The notes beneath the pieces are model-generated. The model saw nothing but the letters and a program-made list of their open reading frames with translations. It had not been told where the DNA came from and made no database searches. The position numbers and the translations under genes are program-made. Shown here piece after piece: positions 28,905-37,311 of a stretch of DNA of 58,592 nucleotides (within the stretch, counting starts at the first letter, position 1; every line of letters starts with the position of its first letter). The DNA is from an uncultured bacterium (GTDB lineage Bacteria > Ratteibacteria > UBA8468 > B48-G9 > JAFGKM01): NCBI GenBank assembly GCA_964403465.1, contig CAYOFY010000001.1, positions 1-58,592 on the forward strand. Reading direction: 5' to 3'.

Positions 28905-30020
28905 ATGGACAGGAAAAGAAATGTCTGGAAAGCGCTGGCCGTTTTGAGTTTTGCTTTTTTTGTGAACTGCCACGGGGCTGAGAAAAAGCCGCTCATCCAG
29001 ATGGCGATTTTGCTTGACACCAGCGGCAGCATGGAGGGGTTGATTAACCAGGCAAGAAGCCAGTTGTGGACAATCGTAAACGAGTTTGCCTCAATCAAAA
29101 AGACAGGAGAACGTCCTGAACTGCAGGTGGCGCTCTTTGAGTACGGCAACAGCGGTTTACCCGCCGGTGAAGGATACATCAGGCTGATTGTGCCCTTCAC
29201 CACTGACCTTGACAGGGTATCCGAAGAACTCTTCGCCCTCAGGACCAACGGAGGAGACGAATACTGTGGATGGGTAATAAAAGACGCCGCTGAAAAACTC
29301 AAATGGAGCAAATCAAACGGCGACTACAAGGTGATATTCATCGCAGGCAATGAACCTTTCACGCAGGGAAACGTTGATTATAAAGAAACCTGCAAAAGCG
29401 CAATCGGCAAGGGAATCATGGTAAACACGATACACTGCGGAGATTATCAGACTGGAGTCACTTCCGGCTGGAAGGACGGAGCGGATATTGCCGATGGAGT
29501 TTATGCCAGCATCGACCAGGACAAGACTGTTGCCTACATTGAAGCGCCTCAGGATAAGTCGATAGCGGCACTCGGCATGGAATTGAACAAGACATATCTT
29601 GCCTACGGCAAGGCAGGAGACGAGGGTAAGAAGAGACAGGCAGAGCAGGAAGTAAACGCAGCAACAGTTTCAAAAGAAAGTTTTGTTGTAAGACAGGTTG
29701 CAAAAGCATCAGCCAACTATACCAACTCCGGGTGGGACCTCGTTGATGCGCTAAACGAAAAAAGCGTCAGGATGGAGGATATCAAAGAAAAAGACCTGCC
29801 AGAAGAGATGAAAAACATGAATGAAAAACAACGGTGGGAATACATAAAACAGATGACTCAGAAAAGACAGGATATTCAGAAGAAAATAAATGCGTTAAAT
29901 GCGGAGAGAGAAAAATATCTTGCGAAAAAAAGAGCTGAATCTTCCGGAGCAGAAGCCCTGGACGAAGCGCTTATAAAAGCGATAAGAACGCAGGTCAGGA
30001 AAAGACAGTTTTCCATTTAA
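28905..30020 (+). CDS. secreted von Willebrand factor A (vWA) domain protein with C-terminal coiled-coil
   Basis: The ATG at 28905 follows AAAGGAGGAGG. Signal peptide 'VWKALAVLSFAFFVNCHG'. MIDAS motif 'ILLDTSGSMEG'. The C-terminus is rich in K, E and Q. Confidence 0.8.
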   Translation: MDRKRNVWKALAVLSFAFFVNCHGAEKKPLIQMAILLDTSGSMEGLINQARSQLWTIVNEFASIKKTGERPELQVALFEYGNSGLPAGEGYIRLIVPFTTDLDRVSEELFALRTNGGDEYCGWVIKDAAEKLKWSKSNGDYKVIFIAGNEPFTQGNVDYKETCKSAIGKGIMVNTIHCGDYQTGVTSGWKDGADIADGVYASIDQDKTVAYIEAPQDKSIAALGMELNKTYLAYGKAGDEGKKRQAEQEVNAATVSKESFVVRQVAKASANYTNSGWDLVDALNEKSVRMEDIKEKDLPEEMKNMNEKQRWEYIKQMTQKRQDIQKKINALNAEREKYLAKKRAESSGAEALDEALIKAIRTQVRKRQFSI

Positions 30021-30032
30021 CAAGGGGGCGAA

Positions 30033-32246
30033 ATGCGCACGGCAAAAATTCTGACAGTAGCTCTGTTTCTATTCGGAGGTATGCTGAAAGCGGACGGTCT
30101 CATAGTAATTCCCAACCCGGTTCATCCGGGTTCAACCCCATACCCTCTCGAGGTTAAGTACCACCGCGTTGAGGTTGATATAGATAAAAGCGGTGTTGCG
30201 AAGACAAACATCAGCCAGGAATTTTACAACCCTACGGACTCCCGGCTGGAAGGCATGTATATATTCCCTGTGCCTGAAGGCGCCATAATCAGCGGCTTTT
30301 CAATGGACATAAACGGACAGGAGATTACTGCTGAATTGCTTGCCGCAGATAAAGCAAAGAAGATCTATGAGGACATTGTTAGAAAGATGAGAGATCCCGC
30401 CCTTCTTGAATATGCAGGCAGGGACGCATTCAAGGTACGCATCTTCCCTATAGAGCCCCGTTCAACCAAAAAAGTCAGCATCCGCTACGGGCAATTGTTA
30501 AAGTTAGATTCAGGGATGGTAAATTATGTATATCCTTTGAACACGGAAAAATTTTCCTCAAAACCTGTGGAAGAAGTCCGTATCAGAATTAATCTCGAGA
30601 CAAAGGAAAGAATTAAGACCCTTTTCTGTCCCACTCATGATATTAAAATACGGAAGCAGGACAGTTACAGGGCAATTATTGAATTTGAGGAGAAAAATGT
30701 TCTGCCCGACAAGGACTTCTCCTTTTATTATTCAACGGACAGAGCAGATATCGGAATAGACCTGCTTACGCATAAAACTGGAGAGGAAGACGGGTTTTTC
30801 ATCCTGAACATCTCTCCGTCGGATGAATTGGCATATGAAGAAGTTCTGCAAAAAAACATTGTTTTCGTTATAGACACATCCGGCAGTATGGCAGGCAAGA
30901 AACTGGAACAGGCGAAAAATGCGCTTATTTTCTGCATTGATAATCTTGGCAAAAAAGACCGGTTTGAGATTATCAGGTTTTCCACGGAAGCGGAGAACCT
31001 TTTCGGTTCTCTCAAAACTGCGGATGAAAGCAATATTGCTTCTGCAAAAACATTCATTGAAAGCATGCGCCCGATAGGCGGAACGAATATTGAGGAAGCT
31101 CTGGCCGGAGCTTTCTCCACTGTCGGGAAAGGTAAAAACATGAATCCCACAAGCATTTTTTTCATAACCGATGGAAAACCCACCATAGGGCTGACAGATG
31201 AAAACGGTCTGGTTGAAATTGTGAAAAAAAACAAGGATGAGACGCGGATATTCGTTTTCGGTATAGATTACGGCATAAACACCCATTTTCTTGACCGAAT
31301 TGCCGAGATATCAGCCGGATACAGAACTTACGTCACGCCTGAAGAAAATCTTGAACTGAAAATCTCTTCTTTTTATGAAAAAATAAGATTCCCTGTTTTT
31401 TCAAACCTTTCAATTGACTTTGGAGAATTGAAGGTAAAAAGCGCTTACCCGAAAAGACTCCCTGACCTTTTCAAAAACTCTCCCATTGTCATAGCAGGAC
31501 GGTACAAGAAAGGAGGCAGTACAAAGATCGTTCTGGAAGGGACAATCTCCGGCGGCAGAAAGAAATTTGAGTATACCCTTGAGTTCCCCCGGGAAAACAC
31601 ACAGAACGAATTTATACCTCAGATATGGGCGGCACAACATATTGGCTATCTACTGGATGAAATACGGCTGAACGGAGAGAGCAAAGAAACAAAAGATGAA
31701 ATAATAGATGTTGCCCGCAAATATGGAATAATAACGCCTTACACAAGTTTCCTGATCATGGAAGAAGAGGACCGCCGCAGGGCTGAGGGAGATTCAAAAC
31801 CTGCAGTGCAGTTATTGAGAAATGAAGTTGCCGGAGACGAATTGCTGGATAAGAGCATGAAAAAGGATTACGGCAGTATCCGCGAAAAAGAAGGGAAAAG
31901 AAGCATAGCCGCCAGCACTGAGATATACTCCTTGCAGAATGCAGCCAACCAGGAACAGATTTATCAGGGCAGGGAGCGCCTCTCTTACAGGGACGGCTCC
32001 GGCAACAAGCAAAACCTGGCGTCGCAGGTGAAAAATATCCAGGGCAGAGCCATGTATCAGAGTAACAAAATATGGATAGACTCCGAGATACAGAACGCAC
32101 GGAGTCCAAAAATAATAAAGATACAGTTTGCAAGTCCTGAATACTTTGAGTTGATCAGCAAGGAGCCGCAGTCCGCACAATTTCTTTCCCTGGGGAAAAA
32201 CGTGCAGTTTCTTATGAATAATGCCGTTTACGAGATTTACGAGTAA
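30033..32246 (+). CDS. secreted VIT domain + vWA domain protein
   Basis: Signal peptide 'KILTVALFLFGGMLKA'. N-terminal VIT-like region ('EVKYHRVEVDIDKSGVAKTNISQEFYNP...GMYIFPVP'). MIDAS motif 'VFVIDTSGSMAGKKLEQAKNAL'. 737 aa. Confidence 0.85.
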   Translation: MRTAKILTVALFLFGGMLKADGLIVIPNPVHPGSTPYPLEVKYHRVEVDIDKSGVAKTNISQEFYNPTDSRLEGMYIFPVPEGAIISGFSMDINGQEITAELLAADKAKKIYEDIVRKMRDPALLEYAGRDAFKVRIFPIEPRSTKKVSIRYGQLLKLDSGMVNYVYPLNTEKFSSKPVEEVRIRINLETKERIKTLFCPTHDIKIRKQDSYRAIIEFEEKNVLPDKDFSFYYSTDRADIGIDLLTHKTGEEDGFFILNISPSDELAYEEVLQKNIVFVIDTSGSMAGKKLEQAKNALIFCIDNLGKKDRFEIIRFSTEAENLFGSLKTADESNIASAKTFIESMRPIGGTNIEEALAGAFSTVGKGKNMNPTSIFFITDGKPTIGLTDENGLVEIVKKNKDETRIFVFGIDYGINTHFLDRIAEISAGYRTYVTPEENLELKISSFYEKIRFPVFSNLSIDFGELKVKSAYPKRLPDLFKNSPIVIAGRYKKGGSTKIVLEGTISGGRKKFEYTLEFPRENTQNEFIPQIWAAQHIGYLLDEIRLNGESKETKDEIIDVARKYGIITPYTSFLIMEEEDRRRAEGDSKPAVQLLRNEVAGDELLDKSMKKDYGSIREKEGKRSIAASTEIYSLQNAANQEQIYQGRERLSYRDGSGNKQNLASQVKNIQGRAMYQSNKIWIDSEIQNARSPKIIKIQFASPEYFELISKEPQSAQFLSLGKNVQFLMNNAVYEIYE

Positions 32247-32284
32247 TCGGATAATCGGGAGATATGGGCTGCAATCCTGCTCGT

Positions 32285-33193
32285 TTACATCTGAAGACCC
32301 GGTTCTTTTTTCAGCAGAGACTTTATTTTTTTCACATCCGCTGATATGCGGAGTTTCAGTTTTTCCTTATCCTTGAATTTAACCTGCTCTCTCAGTTTTT
32401 TGAATAAGAAAACCTTTATTTTTTCTCCGTATAAGTCTTTAGCGCCGAGGTCAATAATGAAAACTTCAAATTTTTCTCTTTTGTCATTGAAGGTGGGAGA
32501 AACACCGGCAACTATCGCCGCCTTGTATATTTTCCTGTCATGCTGCGCCCATCCCGCATAAACCCCCTGCCCTATCCGAACCTTGTTCTCGAGTGACAGG
32601 TTGGCGGTAGGAAATCCGATAGTACGACCCACGTTGATACCTGATACAACTTCGCCCGTCACCGAGAAATATCTCCCGAGGAATTTATTCGCCTCCGTTA
32701 TCTCTCCGTGCTTTATAAGCGTTCTTATCTTTGAGGAATTAACAATATCGCCGTCCACCCTCTGCGGAGGGACAATGACCAGATTAAATCCTTTCTCCTT
32801 CTGCTTTTTCTGCAGGAATTCTATGTCTCCTTTTCTCCCTGTTCCGAAACGGAAATTATAGCCCACAACAAGGGTTTTGAGCCCTGCGGAAAGCAAGGAA
32901 TTGAGAAAATTTTCATGGGATAAACCGGAAATTTCGTCAAGGTCACACCAGAAACATAATCGTATATGGGACTCTTCCAGGAAGTTAATCTTTTCGTCCC
33001 AGCTGCAAAGGAGAAACTCCGCCGGAAATTTCCGGAAGGTAAAAACCGCGGGCAGGAGACCCTTCTCTTTCGCTTCGGAAGAAATTGTCCTCAGAATCTC
33101 CCTGTGTCCCGTGTGAACGCCATCAAACTTTCCGATTCCGGTGACAAACTTTCCCTTGAATTTTCCCATGTCTCTGAAATGTATCTTTTCCAT
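32285..33193 (-). CDS. ribF: bifunctional riboflavin kinase / FMN adenylyltransferase
   Basis: 'IGKFDGVHTGH', 'GFPTANL' and 'EVFIIDL..DLYGEKIKV.F.KKLR'. Confidence 0.93.
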   Translation of the reverse strand: MEKIHFRDMGKFKGKFVTGIGKFDGVHTGHREILRTISSEAKEKGLLPAVFTFRKFPAEFLLCSWDEKINFLEESHIRLCFWCDLDEISGLSHENFLNSLLSAGLKTLVVGYNFRFGTGRKGDIEFLQKKQKEKGFNLVIVPPQRVDGDIVNSSKIRTLIKHGEITEANKFLGRYFSVTGEVVSGINVGRTIGFPTANLSLENKVRIGQGVYAGWAQHDRKIYKAAIVAGVSPTFNDKREKFEVFIIDLGAKDLYGEKIKVFLFKKLREQVKFKDKEKLKLRISADVKKIKSLLKKEPGLQM

Positions 33194-33195
33194 AT

Positions 33196-33963
33196 TCAGT
33201 AAGGGAATTTCTTATCAATCTCTGCATCAGATAATTCTTTTATAACGTCCGCTATCCTGTTTGTCGTTATTTCCACAATCTTTCCGCCTTTTTCCGCCGA
33301 TGCTTTCTCTGGATTTCCTTGACCGGCGTTTGTGGTAAGAAGATGCCATGGCCTTGTAATCCAGATATATTTTTTTCTTAAACCTTCCAGTACGGGTTCG
33401 TTCGCTTTCCCCTCATCGGCCCATTCAAGATGTACAAGTTCCGGATACATATACATGAACCATGATGTTTCCGCCTCATTGCCATGCTCCCCCGAGTTGT
33501 CTTCACAGACCTCCTGCGCTATATCTTCTCCTGTTTCCCACCAGTTCATAAGAAAAATCTGCACCTTTGTTCTTCCGTGTAACTCCCTTATCATGAATTT
33601 GAATTCATTTCCGCCGTGGCCGTTGAGTATAATCAGTTTATGCACCTTGTGCGTTTCAAGAGAAACGACAATATCCTTAAACATCTCAAATTCTGTCGTA
33701 GGTGCAAAACTCAATGTCATCGGGAATCCCATGGTATTAGAGTTAACTCCGACTGGCATCACCGGCAGCACAATAACTTTAGCTCCTCTTTTCTTTGCCT
33801 TTTCCGCGCTTATCTGGGCAATTTTCTCCGCCGTAAGCGCATCACATCCGTAAGGAAGGTGCATGTTGTGCGGCTCGCAGGAACCCCACGGCAAAACAGC
33901 CACTTCAAAAGGCCCTTCATCCCTCACTTCCTTCAGTGTCATCTCAGCCAGTTTTACCTTCAT
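33196..33963 (-). CDS. creatininase-family amidohydrolase
   Basis: The ATG at 33963 follows GGGGGAG. 'VLPWGSCEPHNMHLPYGCD' and 'ILNGHGGN' match the family metal-binding pattern. It lies 2 nt upstream of ribF. Confidence 0.78.
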   Translation of the reverse strand: MKVKLAEMTLKEVRDEGPFEVAVLPWGSCEPHNMHLPYGCDALTAEKIAQISAEKAKKRGAKVIVLPVMPVGVNSNTMGFPMTLSFAPTTEFEMFKDIVVSLETHKVHKLIILNGHGGNEFKFMIRELHGRTKVQIFLMNWWETGEDIAQEVCEDNSGEHGNEAETSWFMYMYPELVHLEWADEGKANEPVLEGLRKKYIWITRPWHLLTTNAGQGNPEKASAEKGGKIVEITTNRIADVIKELSDAEIDKKFPY

Positions 33964-33988
33964 TTGCTTCACTCCCCCACTATTCTTT

Positions 33989-34151
33989 GTCATTGCAGAC
34001 CCTCCCTCTCTTTTTGTCATTGCGAGCGGCTTGCCCCGTTCTACGGGGTTTTTTCCACGGCAATCTGACGTCTTTTGTCATCCCGATTCCTTTTATCGGG
34101 TTCCGCTCCACACTTGTCATTGCGAGGAGTGTTTTTCACGACGCGGCAATC
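33989..34151. repeat. four tandem GTCAT-family REP-like modules
   Basis: Modules start at 33989 (gtcattgcagac..), 34016 (gtcattgcgagcggcttgccccgttctacggggttttttccacggcaatc), 34077 (gtcatcccgattccttttatcgggttcc) and 34116 (gtcattgcgaggagtgtttttcacgacgcggcaatc). All have the same orientation, between the ADH stop and the creatininase start. Confidence 0.88.
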
Positions 34152-34152
34152 T

Positions 34153-35274
34153 CTACAGCGCCATTTCCAGAATCTTTTTCAGATCCCCTCTTTCCATCTT
34201 CACCTTCATGTTCTTCATGGACCGCTGCGTTCCGGTAACCGATAGATCCGTGAGTTCATCCAGTTCCTCGCGAGAAACACCCACCCCGTCGAGGGTCGAT
34301 GGAAGCCCTATATCCGATACGAAATCCTTAAGTTTCCCTGTATCACCCCAGATTTCTTCAAGCTCGAACATCTCCTCAGAATATCCGTTCTCTTTCAGGT
34401 ATTCAAAAACGTAAGGAAGCACTATCGCATTGGCGGTCCCGTGGTGAACGTTGTGTTTTATCGTCAGTGAATAACCTATACCGTGTACTATTATGGTCCC
34501 CGTTTTATTCAACGCGAATCCGGCAATCAGAGAAGCGAGAAATATTTTTTCTTTGACCTCAATATTATCCGGTTCTCTGTATGCCCTGGGTAGAGATTTC
34601 CACAGCATTTTTATACTCTCCTTTGAAAACATCCTTGACAGAGAGTCTGCCCTTGATGACAAGAAACTTTCTGCGCTGTGAGAAAAAGCATCCATCCCTG
34701 TCGCCATGACAAGTTTCTGGGGAAGCGTTTTCAAAACCTCCGCATCCAGTATTGAAACCTTTGGAATAATCTTCTCACTGCTTACGGTCTTCTTTGTCCT
34801 TTCTCGCCTGTCAACTATCACTGCAAATCTTGTCACCTCGCTACCCGTACCGCAGGTGGTCGGCACGGCAATTACAGGCAACGGTTTTTTCTCATATTCC
34901 ATCTCGCCGAAATAATCCCTTACCGAACCGCCGTTTGCGGCAATCACGGCTATCGCCTTCCCGGCATCCAGGGCACTTCCCCCTCCGACAGAAAAGACGC
35001 AGTCGCACCCTTCTTTTCTACATAACAGAGCACCCCTGTCCACGTCATCGGTATCAGGCTCCGGATTAACGTCAGAGTAAAAGACATGTTCTATGCCGTT
35101 TCTGGAAAGTATTCCAGATATCAGATCATAAAGGCCCGACTTGAAAATAAAATGCTTTCCTGTGACGATAAGAATTTTTTTTCCGTGCTCTCTTACCTCG
35201 GGGAGATATTTCCCAAGCCCTCCCCTCTCAAAATAAACCTTCGCCCCCATGCTGAAATAAATACCCTCCATCAT
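34153..35274 (-). CDS. iron-containing alcohol dehydrogenase family protein
   Basis: 'VFSVGGGSALDAGKAIA', 'AVPTTCGTGSEVT' and 'HGIGYSLTIKHNVHHGTANA'. Confidence 0.88.
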   Translation of the reverse strand: MMEGIYFSMGAKVYFERGGLGKYLPEVREHGKKILIVTGKHFIFKSGLYDLISGILSRNGIEHVFYSDVNPEPDTDDVDRGALLCRKEGCDCVFSVGGGSALDAGKAIAVIAANGGSVRDYFGEMEYEKKPLPVIAVPTTCGTGSEVTRFAVIVDRRERTKKTVSSEKIIPKVSILDAEVLKTLPQKLVMATGMDAFSHSAESFLSSRADSLSRMFSKESIKMLWKSLPRAYREPDNIEVKEKIFLASLIAGFALNKTGTIIVHGIGYSLTIKHNVHHGTANAIVLPYVFEYLKENGYSEEMFELEEIWGDTGKLKDFVSDIGLPSTLDGVGVSREELDELTDLSVTGTQRSMKNMKVKMERGDLKKILEMAL

Positions 35275-35428
35275 CCTCCCTGTCTATTTCGCTTTTTCAG
35301 TTCATAAAATTCATATTTACACAGGTAGTCTTCTCTAAGTTTCTTTATACCTTTTATTGCCTCTTCAATGACATCAAATTTTTTGTTTCTTTTCAGTTTG
35401 TTGCAAAACCGGCATGCAGGAACAAATC

Positions 35429-36175
35429 TTACCAGATACAATTGCATCTGATATTTTCGTAATTCAGCCCTACCAAATCCAGATAGTTTTTTAAGACAAG
35501 AACAAATGCTTCAAACGGAGTTATGTCTTTTATAAGAGTGTCTTTTTCAATGAGGTCTATAAGTCTTTGTTTGATTGTTTCATCTTCGGTAATTGGTACT
35601 GCGATTTTCCATAGCGAATTAAAATAATCCTCCGCGTCCTTGAAGCCGTAATCCGAGATTTCCACGTTGAATTCTTCCTGAGTGGTAAGTCCTACTCTTG
35701 TGAGATTACTGCTTCCCGTGATAAACAGTTTATCCCTGCCAACCTGCCCTTCTTCCAACTTAAAGATATAAACTTTGGAGTGATTGGGGTTAAATGTTTT
35801 GCGAATAAGAAGTTTATCTTCCCTGATAAGTTGAACAAAATACCTGACCTGCTCATAAAATTCCTCTGTATCAAAATCGTCTTTGTTCAGGGACTCTTTT
35901 ACAGACTGTAAAAACTTGTAAGTTTTTTCTTCATCGGATACATTGCTCTCAATGTCTGCCAATTCAATTATGCCAAGGTTTGTTTTGTCAACATTTAGAC
36001 CCACCAAAACCTTGATTGTTACATCCGGATTCTCTTTTAACGCTTTGTACAACTCCCGAATACCTGAAAAATAGAAAAAACCTACCAGGAATTTCAATTC
36101 TTTACTTTCTTTGATTAGTTCTACCAGTCGCTTGTTCAGAGTTCCTGAACCGTTGTTTGTAATAAAATTGTTCAT
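35429..36175 (-). CDS. single-HKD phospholipase D-like nuclease domain protein (possibly the N-terminal remnant of a PLD-helicase fusion)
   Basis: There is one HKD motif, 'HSKVYIF...GSSNLT'. The N-terminus 'LKFLVGFFYFSGIRELY' resembles the PLD domains found fused to SNF2/DEAD helicases. The ORF stops after 248 aa and is visibly AT-rich. Confidence 0.65.
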   Translation of the reverse strand: MNNFITNNGSGTLNKRLVELIKESKELKFLVGFFYFSGIRELYKALKENPDVTIKVLVGLNVDKTNLGIIELADIESNVSDEEKTYKFLQSVKESLNKDDFDTEEFYEQVRYFVQLIREDKLLIRKTFNPNHSKVYIFKLEEGQVGRDKLFITGSSNLTRVGLTTQEEFNVEISDYGFKDAEDYFNSLWKIAVPITEDETIKQRLIDLIEKDTLIKDITPFEAFVLVLKNYLDLVGLNYENIRCNCIW

Positions 36176-36236
36176 TTGATAGGATTATTTTACAACTTAT
36201 TGGGGCAAGGTCAAAAATTGATTGAGATGTAAAAAC

Positions 36237-36284
36237 TTGACACTTGTATGCATTTTGCATATAATTGTATGCAGCATGCATACA
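36237..36284 (+). promoter_or_regulatory. consensus sigma70 promoter (TTGACA-17-TATAAT) with two 19-bp palindromic operators, upstream of the MNT/HEPN pair
   Basis: TTGACA at 36237-36242 and TATAAT at 36260-36265. O1 is TGTATGCAtttTGCATATA (36245-36263, one mismatch). O2 is TGTATGCAgcaTGCATACA (36266-36284, perfect). Their centres are 21 bp apart. Confidence 0.7.
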
Positions 36285-36292
36285 GGAGCGCA

Positions 36293-36874
36293 ATGATGAA
36301 ATTGTTAACGGAAAATACGGCGAATTTGCTGCGGTTATTTTTTTCAAACCCGGAAAAGTCTTTTTACATGCAGGAGACAGGAAGGATATTAGGCAAAAAA
36401 CCGGGCACATTTCAGAGGACAATTAATAAACTGGTTGCCGAAGGCGTGATGGAGAGTGAATACAAAGGAAATGTCAGATTTTTCAGGGTAAATAGAAAGT
36501 ACCCACTTTATGAGGAGTTTAAGAGCATCGTATTTAAAACAGTCGGAATAGAGGGAGAATTGAAATCGGTGATAGAAAGCATAAAAGGAATAAAATTTTC
36601 ATTTATATACGGCTCTTATGCAAAAGGAAAAGAAACCGGCATTTCGGATATAGACCTTTTGATTATCGGCAATCCTGACGAAGATAAACTTATCAGAAAA
36701 CTGGCTCCTATTGAAAGAAAGACGCAAAGAGAAATAAATTATAAAATCTATGCGCCAAAAACATTTGAAAAAGATGCCGCTAATAGAGAACCATTTATAA
36801 TGAATGTTTTACGGAATAGAAAAATACTTTTGAAAGGAGATATAGATGCCTTACGAAAATTTTATAAGGGATAA
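36293..36874 (+). CDS. winged-HTH + minimal nucleotidyltransferase (MNT) protein, antitoxin-type
   Basis: The ATG at 36293 follows AGGAG. N-terminal wHTH ('FYMQETGRILGKKPGTFQRTINKLVAEGVM'). NTase motif 'GSYAKGKETGISDIDLLIIG'. Confidence 0.82.
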   Translation: MMKLLTENTANLLRLFFSNPEKSFYMQETGRILGKKPGTFQRTINKLVAEGVMESEYKGNVRFFRVNRKYPLYEEFKSIVFKTVGIEGELKSVIESIKGIKFSFIYGSYAKGKETGISDIDLLIIGNPDEDKLIRKLAPIERKTQREINYKIYAPKTFEKDAANREPFIMNVLRNRKILLKGDIDALRKFYKG

Positions 36875-37295
36875 TCTCATAAAAAGGCAAGAGCCAGATT
36901 TTAAACAAATATCACACCAATTGAAACGTTCTTTAAAAGACTTAAAAACTGCCGAAGCTAACCTCAAGATTGATGTAACATGGTCGCTGACAATCGCTTA
37001 TCACGCGATGATACGGGCAGGCAGAGCGCTTATGTTCGCAAAAGGGTTTTTGCCTACGCCGAAACAAACTCATAAGACAATTGTACATTGTACGGAAAGA
37101 ATTCTCGGAAGGGATTATGATGTGTTGATAAGAAAATTTGAAAGGCTTAGAAGGAGAAGACACGATTTTATCTACGATGCAGTTAACCACATAACCATGG
37201 CTGAAGCAAAATCCTCGTTAGATACGGCGGGAAAATTGATACATAAAATTGTTGAGATGGTATCAGAAATAGACCCTGAAGCAGGATTATTCTAA
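36846..37295 (+). CDS. HEPN domain protein, toxin-type partner of MNT
   Basis: Overlaps the MNT gene by 29 nt. It is helical, with 'RLRRRRHDFIYD' giving an R-x(4-6)-H HEPN motif. Confidence 0.75.
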   Translation: MPYENFIRDNLIKRQEPDFKQISHQLKRSLKDLKTAEANLKIDVTWSLTIAYHAMIRAGRALMFAKGFLPTPKQTHKTIVHCTERILGRDYDVLIRKFERLRRRRHDFIYDAVNHITMAEAKSSLDTAGKLIHKIVEMVSEIDPEAGLF

Positions 37296-37311
37296 ATTCT
37301 TCGGAATATTA

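Noticed and set aside
33989-34151. Tandem repeats that could be mistaken for a small CRISPR array.
   Set aside because: The four units differ in length and sequence, are themselves hairpins of a dispersed family, and have no unique spacers of constant length. No cas genes are present in the window.
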